From IMG/VR virus record IMGVR_UViG_3300045988_056140: a stretch of 40,003 nucleotides of DNA; one strand, written 5' to 3'. Under the pieces are notes generated by a model, which did no database searches, was not told the origin of the DNA, and worked only from the letters and a program-made list of their open reading frames with translations. A program made the translations under genes and the position numbers. How positions within the stretch are numbered: the first letter of the stretch is position 1; each line of letters starts with the position of its first letter. Below are positions 32,015 through 39,778 of this stretch, piece after piece. The stretch comes from a virus.

Positions 32015-32461
32015 TTACTGTAAAAAATCGTGCTGCCATGTGTGCCGGTCATAGGCTTCTTTTATCTGCCTGATTGCCGACACGGCGATTTGGTTTTCAA
32101 ATTCTGCGTGGTCATCACAGTATTTTTCGTATGCTGTGATGTCGCCAAGCACCTGTTTATAATGCTCCTGGCTATGGTTTGTGCCTAAATAGATTTCATC
32201 GGCAAACCTCAAAATCCTAACACGGCAGTCCTTGGCGTGGCGCTCCCGGCCTTCGTCCCGAATCGTGTCAATGTCCGTCTGCATGGTTTTCATGTTCTTT
32301 TCAAGGCCGGAAACCTTTGACAGCACTTCGTGATTGAGCTGCTTTCCAAACCAGCCGAAGATTGCCGTCCAAGGATTGATGTTGATTTTGGACACCTGCA
32401 AAAGCGACATGATAAGCACCAGCGCACCGCCGCTGCCGTAAAGGATTTCTTTGATAGTCAT
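32015..32461 (-). CDS. Membrane/coiled-coil protein of unknown function between TerL and portal
   Basis: About 148 aa from ATG 32461: MTIKEILYGSGGALVLIMSLLQV (TM helix), then a helical domain with RILRFADEIYLG. Confidence 0.55.
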   Translation of the reverse strand: MTIKEILYGSGGALVLIMSLLQVSKININPWTAIFGWFGKQLNHEVLSKVSGLEKNMKTMQTDIDTIRDEGRERHAKDCRVRILRFADEIYLGTNHSQEHYKQVLGDITAYEKYCDDHAEFENQIAVSAIRQIKEAYDRHTWQHDFLQ

Positions 32462-32496
32462 TGTGTGGCACTCTCTTTCATTTTTTGTATTTATGA

Positions 32497-33729
32497 TTAA
32501 GTCAGCCACTTCTTGACTTTTCTCCAACCTTCAACGCCGTACCGCAACGCTGCCATTGCGTCATCCTGAAACGGGACAGGTTCATCAAGATATTCACCTG
32601 ACTTATCATCTTTTTTCCATTTCCATTGCTGCAACTCTTTGATGGTATTCACGCAATGCGGATGGACATATATTTTTCGCTGCTTCAGCCAGTCAATTTG
32701 CGCTTTGACTGATCCGGCAGAGCCGCCCTTGTCCACGCCCCTTGCACGGAATCCGGCCTTCTGCCACATCTTGATTCTGTCCGGCTCTGCTGAATCACAC
32801 CACATCTGTTTTTTGCTGGGGACATCCATGTCCTTTGCAAGCTGTATGATCTCTGAAGTGTCCTTCTCAAAGACATAGATTTCAGACAAAATATGAATAT
32901 CATCGTCCTTGATTCCAAGCAACAGAACAGCGTTGGCGTGGTTAAATCCGAAGTCCTGACCTATGGCAATATCGTCATAATCGTTCAGGTTCCGGCTAAC
33001 CTCTTTAACCTCCCAATTATGGAGAATTAAGCCGCCTATTTCGCCCCATTCCCCAAGGCCATATATCTGATACCCTTCAGGATCAACGGCCTTCCTGCGC
33101 TCCATACGGGCTTTGTAGGCATCATCTATGAAACGGTTCATCAGGTATGTGCTGTGGTGTGTCAGAACATTGTCATCCGGCATATCAAAAAAGGCCTTCT
33201 TAATCCAGTGATTCTTGTTCACCGGATTGAAGGTCATTCTGATCTGATAAAACTGACCGGGCGGCAATTCGCCACGCAAACGGTCATCTATGATTTCAAC
33301 ATCAGCCTGTGTCAGCTCTGTCGCTTCCTCGCACCATACGTCAGTCAGCTTGCCGCGCTGGAAGGTGATGGACTTCAGCTTTTCACGCTGCTTGTCATCA
33401 TTCATGCCCCGGAAGATGATCTTGTTCCCGTTGGCCTTGCAGGTGAGCTGCAAAGGGGACATATTGATTTGCCAGTACCGTTCCGCTTGATCTCCAAACA
33501 TACGGTAAATAGCGCCAGTCAGCTCTGCAAAGGTGCTGTCGCGGTTTGTGATGTCTGATTTACGGATGCAAACAAGGTTTCTGCCCTTATCACGCATCAG
33601 CCGCAGGATGTAATTCTGCGCCGTGTCAACGCTCTTCCCAGAGCCAGCAGAACCTTTCATCACAATATAGCGCTTTGTGCTTCGGTCAACCTCTTTGAAA
33701 CAGGGATTTGCTTGGACTTTGATATTCAC
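32497..33729 (-). CDS. terL: Terminase large subunit (PBSX-like family)
   Basis: 410 aa. Walker A in RYIVMKGSAGSGKSVDTAQNYILRL. Nuclease half follows. Confidence 0.9.
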   Translation of the reverse strand: MNIKVQANPCFKEVDRSTKRYIVMKGSAGSGKSVDTAQNYILRLMRDKGRNLVCIRKSDITNRDSTFAELTGAIYRMFGDQAERYWQINMSPLQLTCKANGNKIIFRGMNDDKQREKLKSITFQRGKLTDVWCEEATELTQADVEIIDDRLRGELPPGQFYQIRMTFNPVNKNHWIKKAFFDMPDDNVLTHHSTYLMNRFIDDAYKARMERRKAVDPEGYQIYGLGEWGEIGGLILHNWEVKEVSRNLNDYDDIAIGQDFGFNHANAVLLLGIKDDDIHILSEIYVFEKDTSEIIQLAKDMDVPSKKQMWCDSAEPDRIKMWQKAGFRARGVDKGGSAGSVKAQIDWLKQRKIYVHPHCVNTIKELQQWKWKKDDKSGEYLDEPVPFQDDAMAALRYGVEGWRKVKKWLT

Positions 33730-34070
33730 AGCGCATCAGCCGCCTTAAAAGCTTCAAGCAGCTTCGGAAACTGGATTGCAAAGAAGTCAATCATTTCTTC
33801 GTTCTGCGCCCATGCGGAGTTCTCGGCCAGACCGCTTTCAAAAAGAAAAGCATGAATGATCTCATGCCGTTTCACCTTGTTCGTCTGAACTTGTAAATTT
33901 GCCTTACAAGTTGGATCATCCCTGTTTTTGTCGTATGATTCAACGAACATTTCTTTTGTGGTTTCGTCACAAATTCCATCGCACCCAACAAGGCGCGATT
34001 CTTTTTCATCGCCGCAAACCGTCAATGTGTATTCAGTTCCCAAAACGTTAATTTTCATCTTCATCACCAT
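33726..34070 (-). CDS. Small HExxH (zinc-metallopeptidase-like) protein embedded between terS and terL
   Basis: 114 aa with KRHEIIHAFLFESGL. Overlaps terS by 23 nt and terL by 4 nt. Confidence 0.6.
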   Translation of the reverse strand: MVMKMKINVLGTEYTLTVCGDEKESRLVGCDGICDETTKEMFVESYDKNRDDPTCKANLQVQTNKVKRHEIIHAFLFESGLAENSAWAQNEEMIDFFAIQFPKLLEAFKAADAL

Positions 34071-34605
34071 AGTCCACCGTGATATTCAGCTCCATGTCAA
34101 CTTCCTGTTCCACGCGGTCAGTATAAATCCCGTATGCCTTACCAAGCAGTTCAGCGGCCTTATTTGCATCAGATAGCCGCGCCGGAATTTCAACAACCTG
34201 CGGTATTTCTTCTTTTTTTGTCTGCTTTCGCATTGTTCCGTTTGAATCGGGAACATATTTTGTTTCTTCTTTTGATAGCGTGACAACAACAGATTCCGTC
34301 ATTTCCCTTCGCATTACCGCTGAAAGGTATCTCATGACTTCATCTTGGTCAGCAACAAGCGCCGCTTCTTTCTCTTTCATCCGTTTGTCGATGTAATCAC
34401 GGATATTAGGTTTTTGTAGGTTTTCTGTTGCAATTACGCCAGCCGTTTTCTTTGAATACCCGGCTCTGATTGCGGCCTGCGTTGCATTTAGGTCAATCAG
34501 GTATTCGTCACAAAACCGCTGTTGTTTTGCCGTCAGCTTCTTATCAGCCACAATCTCACCGCCTTTCAGTAATTTATTGCACCATAGGCGGCAGCCTAAC
34601 GCCAC
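34048..34605 (-). CDS. terS: Terminase small subunit (Terminase_2-like)
   Basis: LTAKQQRFCDEYLIDLNATQAAIRAGYSKKTAGVIATENLQKPNIRDYI. The true start may be GTG 34551 (MADKKL...). Confidence 0.8.
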   Translation of the reverse strand: MALGCRLWCNKLLKGGEIVADKKLTAKQQRFCDEYLIDLNATQAAIRAGYSKKTAGVIATENLQKPNIRDYIDKRMKEKEAALVADQDEVMRYLSAVMRREMTESVVVTLSKEETKYVPDSNGTMRKQTKKEEIPQVVEIPARLSDANKAAELLGKAYGIYTDRVEQEVDMELNITVDYGDEDEN

Positions 34606-34670
34606 CGCCCCCGGGGTGAGGTATTTAATGCACTTTCACTGGCGGGAAAGAACACTGGTGCTTGAAATAG

Positions 34671-34703
34671 AAAAAGCCCAATAGGGAAGTACCCTATCAG
34701 GCT
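34671..34703 (-). terminator. Strong terminator-like hairpin upstream of terS
   Basis: Minus RNA AGCCUGAUAGGG-UACUU-CCCUAUUGGGCU (12 bp, 2 G-U pairs) followed by UUUUCUAUUUC. Confidence 0.6.
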
Positions 34704-34741
34704 CATTAAAGTTGCGCTTCCTCGGAAGCTATAAATTTTCT

Positions 34742-34771
34742 ATTATAACAATATCACATTTCAACTATAAA
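34742..34771 (-). promoter_or_regulatory. Extended -10 promoter-like element just after the DUF1492 gene
   Basis: Minus strand TTTATA-N18-TGT-TATAAT, with TATAAT at 34747-34742. Confidence 0.4.
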
Positions 34772-34777
34772 CTTCTA

Positions 34778-35230
34778 TCAACTAATGTCATTTTCTTCGG
34801 AAATTTTGATGATTTTTTCAACAGCTTGCAGAGCTGTCCCATGAAGTTTACAAACCCATTGATAAGAACGCCCCATATAGCACGCTATCTGCTCCCATGT
34901 TTTGAACTGCACATAGCGCATATTCAAGACAGTATGTAGCCGCGCATCCTCCACCCGGTCTATTGTCGCTGTCACGGCAGCTCTCGCGTCAACAAGCCGG
35001 TCAATCTCCTGGTTAATCTCTGCTTCAAGGTCAACAATTTTCGCCACAGCATCAGAAAGCTTGTCCTGACTGCCACCGCCAGAAACAACATCCGGCTTCA
35101 GTGTTGGCGTGATCTTCGTGACCATCGCTTTCAGGCGGTGAAGTTCTTCAATATCCCGGTTGATCTTCGTATCAAGCCGCCTAATCTGCTGAAGGTATCG
35201 CTTTGCAGAATTGTTTTTCTCAGCTTCCAT
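34778..35230 (-). CDS. Late-gene transcriptional regulator (DUF1492/sigma-70 region-4-like)
   Basis: About 150 aa from ATG 35230: MEAEKNNSAKRYLQQIRRLDTKINRDIEELHRLK...VLNMRYVQFKTWEQIACYMGRSYQWVCKLHGTALQ. Immediately upstream of terS. Confidence 0.7.
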   Translation of the reverse strand: MEAEKNNSAKRYLQQIRRLDTKINRDIEELHRLKAMVTKITPTLKPDVVSGGGSQDKLSDAVAKIVDLEAEINQEIDRLVDARAAVTATIDRVEDARLHTVLNMRYVQFKTWEQIACYMGRSYQWVCKLHGTALQAVEKIIKISEENDIS

Positions 35231-35510
35231 CGGTTTCACCGTCCTTCCGTTCGCCGTAGGAGCAGAAGTCGTCCGGCTTTCGCTTCTGGAACCAGCAAAT
35301 ACTGCATCTCCCGCCAAACTCATGCGTGCAGTCCTTGCACCGCACCACCGGCACAGCGTCCACGGTGGGCGTATCGGCTATGAGCTTCTGAATTTTGCTG
35401 TGTGCAGCAAAGTTTACAAGCCATTTCAACTCGTCTGTAATCTGCACCTGTGCAGACATATAGGCCTCGGATTCGTCCACGGCCATTTGATCAGCGTCAA
35501 TCAGCCGCAT
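35220..35510 (-). CDS. Hypothetical Cys-rich protein (paralog of 35497-35799)
   Basis: 96 aa from ATG 35510 (GGAGGTGA RBS): MRLIDADQMAV...VDAVPVVRCKDC...FCSYGERKDG. Confidence 0.55.
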   Translation of the reverse strand: MRLIDADQMAVDESEAYMSAQVQITDELKWLVNFAAHSKIQKLIADTPTVDAVPVVRCKDCTHEFGGRCSICWFQKRKPDDFCSYGERKDGETDGS

Positions 35511-35799
35511 CGTTGTCACCTCCGTCCATCTTCGCCCCGCAATCCTCGCAGTATTTTTTTGTAGGCTTGTCCCAACTGCCCTCAGTGGTAATGACAAAGC
35601 CGCACACAGGGCACAACCACTCATCACCGCCAAGATGCCCCCAGCGAGTGTGCACCACCGGCGCAACGTCGGCGGCGGGGATTGTGCTTACTCGTTTCGC
35701 TGCCTTTCCAATCCGTTTTTTAATGCACTCACAGTCGGCGCTTCTGCTCATGGCCTCCAAAATGCCAACGGTGGCGTCTTTATCAATGTATTCAGCCAT
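35497..35799 (-). CDS. Hypothetical Cys-rich protein (paralog of 35220-35510)
   Basis: 100 aa from ATG 35799 (GGAGGAG RBS): MAEYIDKDATV...ADVAPVVHTRW...CPVCG...YCEDCGAKMDGG. Confidence 0.55.
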   Translation of the reverse strand: MAEYIDKDATVGILEAMSRSADCECIKKRIGKAAKRVSTIPAADVAPVVHTRWGHLGGDEWLCPVCGFVITTEGSWDKPTKKYCEDCGAKMDGGDNDAAD

Positions 35800-35971
35800 T
35801 GTCGTTCTCCTCCCCGGTAAACCACTTCCGCAGTTTGTGAGCGCACGAAACACACAGCTCGTAGTCATTGTCGTTTATGTCGTTTTTAATTCGCCGCATA
35901 CCGGCATAGGTGACGGAGTTGAACGGGATTATCTCCGCTCCGCAACGGTCACACACTCTCTTTGTTGCCAT
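35792..35971 (-). CDS. Small zinc-ribbon protein
   Basis: 59 aa from ATG 35971 (AGGAGGG RBS): [14 protein letters not shown]...CVSCAHKL. Confidence 0.5.
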   Translation of the reverse strand: MATKRVCDRCGAEIIPFNSVTYAGMRRIKNDINDNDYELCVSCAHKLRKWFTGEENDNG

Positions 35972-36143
35972 TGTCAGCCCTCCTATTCCATGCTTCCGCT
36001 TCCTGCTCTCTGGAAGCGTGCATTTCTCTGAAATTGTCACATACCGGGCATCCTTCATGCTGCCCCACAATGAAATATTCCCCGCAAGCATATCCGAACA
36101 GCGGTCTACGCCCACACTTCGGGCAGGGATTCAGTTCAATCAT
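35949..36143 (-). CDS. Lar-family restriction-alleviation-like protein
   Basis: 64 aa, [14 protein letters not shown]...C..C...[11 protein letters not shown]. The ELxPCPxCG start and AWNRR end are hallmarks recalled for the Lar family. Confidence 0.6.
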   Translation of the reverse strand: MIELNPCPKCGRRPLFGYACGEYFIVGQHEGCPVCDNFREMHASREQEAEAWNRRADNGNKESV

Positions 36144-36928
36144 GATTTAACCACCTCCACCAGCTCCACGCGCTCGCAGCGAATCTTGCCGTCCGTGTTA
36201 TACGGAACGCAGACACCGCAAAGCCATTCCCAGCGGATCAGAACTTTCCAAATGTCGCGGTTTTTGCGACCATAGTTCTTTTTCACCCATTCCAGCGGCG
36301 CAACATTTATGCCGCAGCCACATTCGTTCGTGCGGTTGAAATTCACATTCTCCGTTATTACGCTGCCCTTTTCAATTTTCCAGCTTTCCGGCGCGGCATA
36401 TTCGCCGCCAAAAATCTTATAGGCAATGTACCCGTCCGGTGTACGCTCAAAATGTGCTTCCATGTAGTTGACAGAGGATAGCAGTTCTTTGGCATCGCTC
36501 AGGTCGGCACAGCTCAGGTTGGCGCTGTGTAGGTCGGCATCGCGCAGGTCGGCACCGCTCAGGTCGGCATCGCTCAGGTCGGCACCGCTCAGGTCGGCAC
36601 CGCTCAGGTTGGCATCGCTCAGGTCGGCACAGCGCAGGTTGGCACCGCGCAGGTCGGCATCGCGCAGGTCGGCACCGCTCAGGTTGGCATCGCTCAGGTC
36701 GGCACAGCGCAGGTTGGCACCGCGCAGGTCGGCATCGCGCAGGTCGGCACCGCTCAGGTCGGCACCGCGCAGGTTGGCACCGCTCAGGTTGGCATCGCTC
36801 AGGTCGGCACCGCTCAGGTCGGCACCGCTCAGGTCGGCACAGCGCAGGTCGGCACAGCCGCCACCAAGTTCGTCATTCAGCCACTTCATGTGTGCCGCCA
36901 AAATCTCATTAAGTTTTTCCTTGGTCAT
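36140..36928 (-). CDS. Pentapeptide-repeat protein with C-terminal globular domain (DUF5758-like)
   Basis: 262 aa. About 24 consecutive A(D/N)LxG/C/R/D pentapeptides ([25 protein letters not shown]...), then ...[46 protein letters not shown].... Confidence 0.85.
   Translation of the reverse strand: MTKEKLNEILAAHMKWLNDELGGGCADLRCADLSGADLSGADLSDANLSGANLRGADLSGADLRDADLRGANLRCADLSDANLSGADLRDADLRGANLRCADLSDANLSGADLSGADLSDADLSGADLRDADLHSANLSCADLSDAKELLSSVNYMEAHFERTPDGYIAYKIFGGEYAAPESWKIEKGSVITENVNFNRTNECGCGINVAPLEWVKKNYGRKNRDIWKVLIRWEWLCGVCVPYNTDGKIRCERVELVEVVKS
36491..36850. repeat. 24 tandem 15-bp units (ggcaNNgNNcaggtN) encoding the pentapeptide repeats
   Basis: Unit boundaries read directly from the sequence. 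Coding repeat, not a spacer-containing array. Confidence 0.9.
36596..36745. repeat. Perfect 75-bp tandem duplication (36596-36670 = 36671-36745)
   Basis: Five 15-bp units repeated without any mismatch. This encodes [25 protein letters not shown] twice, in frame. Confidence 0.9.
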
Positions 36929-37460
36929 TTTTTTCTCCTTCTTCGATCATCATGAATCCGCTTTGTAGCTGCTTAATCGTGTCCTGCAAGGGAAGCGCTA
37001 CCTGCTGCCGCGCCTGCTCTCGCTTGGCAAGGATTTCATAGCACTGCCGGAAATTAGCCCGTTCAGCCATCGGGTTTTCAGAAATGCAAATATTTCTGAA
37101 TCCAAGCCGTTCGACGGTTTTCCTGGTCAGCGGTGAGAAACTGTCCATAGCGCCCTGCACATTGTACATTCCGTGCCTTTTAATTGCCCTCAGAACTTCT
37201 TCCCACCCTTCGCCCCAATCCGGGATGTCACCGTTTTGGACATTGGCAGACAGCTCCCGAATGTCCGCAATAGACGGTGACCACTTATTTGTTGACACCC
37301 ATTTCCGAAGGACAGCTTCGGCGACAGGGAAGGGAATGTCTTGCAGCTCACGGAACCACAGTTCCATAGCTTCCTTATTCGGAAGGATCTGTTCTCGCGG
37401 GTAGTAAGTGCGGATTGCAGACGCGAACAATCCAAATTCCCGTTTTTCCATTACTTGCAC
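36909..37460 (-). CDS. G39P-like helicase-loader protein
   Basis: 183 aa, [61 protein letters not shown] resembles SPP1 G39P (from memory). Downstream of the replisome organizer. Confidence 0.5.
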   Translation of the reverse strand: MQVMEKREFGLFASAIRTYYPREQILPNKEAMELWFRELQDIPFPVAEAVLRKWVSTNKWSPSIADIRELSANVQNGDIPDWGEGWEEVLRAIKRHGMYNVQGAMDSFSPLTRKTVERLGFRNICISENPMAERANFRQCYEILAKREQARQQVALPLQDTIKQLQSGFMMIEEGEKNDQGKT

Positions 37461-37648
37461 CCCCTTGTTTTTTTCTTTGTTGATGTCACGATCCCCACTT
37501 TGTAATCATCGAAAGCCCGCCGTTCCATCTTCGCCCTTTTGATCGTGCTATTCTCGCTTTCAATGACCGTCTTTGCGTCTATGTATTTCTTGCAAGTGTC
37601 GTGACACCCAGCGGCTCTTTCTGCGCAGTCTTTACAGGGGTATTTCAT
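37451..37648 (-). CDS. Small Cys-rich protein
   Basis: 65 aa, MKYPCKDCAERAAGCHDTCKKY.... Confidence 0.5.
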   Translation of the reverse strand: MKYPCKDCAERAAGCHDTCKKYIDAKTVIESENSTIKRAKMERRAFDDYKVGIVTSTKKKTRGCK

Positions 37649-38490
37649 GATTCACTCCATTCCGCAGCCATCTTGTAGAAGTCATCCAGTTCTTCAGCTT
37701 TGGACTGCTTGTGATAGGGTTGATGGTTTGGGTCTGGGCTTCCGGCTCTGTCATCGTAGTTGCCATCAAGGACTTTTGCCATATTGGAATCCTTAATGAG
37801 CCAATCGAATGTTGCTGACCAATTACTGCTGTTTTTCCCCTTTAGGAAAGACGATGCTTCGGCCTTTTCAAACAGCGTTTTGAAGTCCTCAACAGAATAG
37901 TTGTTCAGCCGGGCTTTTATTGCTTTCTTCCGTGCATCAGATAAAGCCCTTACAGAAGGGAAGGAGACACAGACGGAATTGAAGGAGGCTACGATTCCCT
38001 TATAATCTATCTTATCTCTTTCTATTTCTTCTTCTCTTTCTTCTTCTATATCTTCTTCTGCATCGTCTACAAGACATCTCGTAGAATCTACGGTAGATTG
38101 AAGTGCCTTTTGTTTTGCCCTCCATCTGGCTTGCGCAAGGCGCTTGCTTTCCCTGATTTTATCCATGCCTTCAATGTTCTGATGTTCTTCCCAACCGGCG
38201 ATGGAAAAGAAACCGTTGTCTGTCACCACCATTCCAAGCTGTTCAAGTGCTTCCAGCGCAAGCCGGACGGTGTTTTCTTCAAAGTCCAGTTCATCAGCAA
38301 GCATTTTCGGCGTGTAGGGGATATTTTCTGTCAGAAAGATCAGCCCATTGGAATTGCACCGCCCGGCCATTGTCAGCAGCATCACCCAAATCAGGACGAT
38401 GTTGTTTCCGTCCGGGAGCCGCCGCAGGTGCTTGATTTTGCGGTTGTCGAACATATCCGTTGTGATCTTAATCCACTTTACATCAGCCAC
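37645..38490 (-). CDS. Replisome organizer (Phage_rep_org_N/DnaD-like)
   Basis: KWIKITTDMFDNRKIKHLRRLPDGNNIVLIWVMLLTMAG...GWEEHQN. Start placed at GTG 38490. The track start 38580 overlaps the upstream gene. Confidence 0.75.
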   Translation of the reverse strand: MADVKWIKITTDMFDNRKIKHLRRLPDGNNIVLIWVMLLTMAGRCNSNGLIFLTENIPYTPKMLADELDFEENTVRLALEALEQLGMVVTDNGFFSIAGWEEHQNIEGMDKIRESKRLAQARWRAKQKALQSTVDSTRCLVDDAEEDIEEEREEEIERDKIDYKGIVASFNSVCVSFPSVRALSDARKKAIKARLNNYSVEDFKTLFEKAEASSFLKGKNSSNWSATFDWLIKDSNMAKVLDGNYDDRAGSPDPNHQPYHKQSKAEELDDFYKMAAEWSES

Positions 38491-38704
38491 ACTTGCCGCC
38501 CCCCAAAGAATACCGGGCGTAGCTTGTCCGCTCACCGTAGCGGTTCTTGCCGCTGACAATCTCTGTCTTGATGGAAACACCCTGCTTTTTCAGGTCGCTG
38601 ATCCTGGACGCAAGCCGCATGATGCCGTATTCCTCCATCGCGGTTGCGCTGGTGATACTGCCGTAATCTTCAAGGTGCCTGATGATTCTTTCGCATTGTG
38701 TCAT
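38483..38704 (-). CDS. Winged-helix DNA-binding protein
   Basis: 73 aa from ATG 38704: MTQCERIIRHLEDYGSITSATAMEEYGIMRLASRISDLKKQGVSIKTE.... Confidence 0.6.
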   Translation of the reverse strand: MTQCERIIRHLEDYGSITSATAMEEYGIMRLASRISDLKKQGVSIKTEIVSGKNRYGERTSYARYSLGGGKCG

Positions 38705-39071
38705 TCGGTTCACCGTCCTTTCTTGCGTATAGATCAAAGCCAGCTTCCCATTCCCTGTAAAGATTCATGAAATCGTCAAGTTCCATTGTTACAAGGATCG
38801 GCGCATTGTTTTTCTTGTGGAACACAGCCGGAAGTCTACCTTCGCCGCCAGCTTCAGCGTCCCGCTTTGCCTGTGCCATCCAGTCATAAAGGCGCATAGT
38901 CTCCTGGTGTTTTGCTTCGATGTGTAGGCCATTAAGGCCTACAACATCGGAAGCATCACCAGTGTTGCCGCAGTATTGCGCTGTGCGTCTGGCATCATAA
39001 CCGTATTCGCGGAACTTTGAAGCAAGCAGCCGTTCAAATCGTGCGCCCTTCTGTTTGCTGTTCACGGGCAT
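38670..39071 (-). CDS. Holliday-junction resolvase-like PD-(D/E)XK nuclease (Hjc type)
   Basis: 133 aa, SKQKGARFERLLASKFREYGYDARR...DASDVVGLNGLHIEAKH (GxxFER ... D ... ExK). Confidence 0.65.
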   Translation of the reverse strand: MPVNSKQKGARFERLLASKFREYGYDARRTAQYCGNTGDASDVVGLNGLHIEAKHQETMRLYDWMAQAKRDAEAGGEGRLPAVFHKKNNAPILVTMELDDFMNLYREWEAGFDLYARKDGEPNDTMRKNHQAP

Positions 39072-39588
39072 TAGAATCTTCCTCCTTTAACGAATCTGCG
39101 TAGGAGTAATAGTCCCCCTGAACTTCGTTGGCACGAATCGGAAGCAAATACCCAACCGGGATTTCCTCTATTTCCCCACGCCCACGGTAAACCGGCTCTG
39201 TAACTACGATTCCGGAAACTGGGTTTTCTGCTTGGTAGAACCTCGGATTTTGGAAGCAGGAAAGAAATTTCACATTGACAAGAACATTTTTCCCATCACC
39301 CTTTAGCCGTCTTGCTGTTCGGTGTGCGTCAATGATTCTCAAATCCGGCGTAAGCGTTAATTGGTACTGATCTTGAATAAGCTCTTTGACCGGAAACTGC
39401 TCCAATTCAGCGATTTTTTCAAGGCCGAAGCAGATAATATTTTTGGGGAATATGTACGCTCTGAATCCATCCGGTGAAACAAAAATGTTATTCCCGTCAA
39501 TATCAAACCGACATGCGCGTTTACCGCTGCACAGTGCATCAAAAACTTCCTTTTGCGCCTTGGTATAATTCATTTCGTCACCCCCCAT
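39034..39588 (-). CDS. Hypothetical protein
   Basis: About 179-184 aa. ATG 39588 is coupled to the upstream stop, or ATG 39573 follows a GGGGGGTGA RBS. Confidence 0.55.
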   Translation of the reverse strand: MGGDEMNYTKAQKEVFDALCSGKRACRFDIDGNNIFVSPDGFRAYIFPKNIICFGLEKIAELEQFPVKELIQDQYQLTLTPDLRIIDAHRTARRLKGDGKNVLVNVKFLSCFQNPRFYQAENPVSGIVVTEPVYRGRGEIEEIPVGYLLPIRANEVQGDYYSYADSLKEEDSNAREQQTEGRTI

Positions 39589-39764
39589 CAGAGATCACAC
39601 CGACCGGAAGGATTCTTGCTGTGCGTGATAGGGCAAATGCCTTCGTGGTATCTCTCCAAGCAGCGCTTACAGAAAGCTTTGTGGCTGTCCTTCTGATAGT
39701 TGGTAGTGGGATTGACAACAGGCTTGTGATAGCCGGTCTGATGATTGGTCTTGGTCTTGTTCAT
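39588..39764 (-). CDS. Small Cys/His-rich protein (58 aa, below track cutoff)
   Basis: MNKTKTNHQTGYHKPVVNPTTNYQKDSHKAFCKRCLERYHEGICPITHSKNPSGRCDL. AAGGAG RBS 8 nt upstream of ATG 39764. Confidence 0.5.
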   Translation of the reverse strand: MNKTKTNHQTGYHKPVVNPTTNYQKDSHKAFCKRCLERYHEGICPITHSKNPSGRCDL

Positions 39765-39778
39765 GTTTTATTCTCCTT

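Noticed and set aside
36491-36850. CRISPR-like regular 15-bp periodic repeats
   Set aside because: There are no spacers. The units are contiguous, in frame and encode A(D/N)Lxx pentapeptides within one ORF. The plus-strand ORF 36468-36968 (SLRSAQLRL...) is just the antisense reading of the same repeat.
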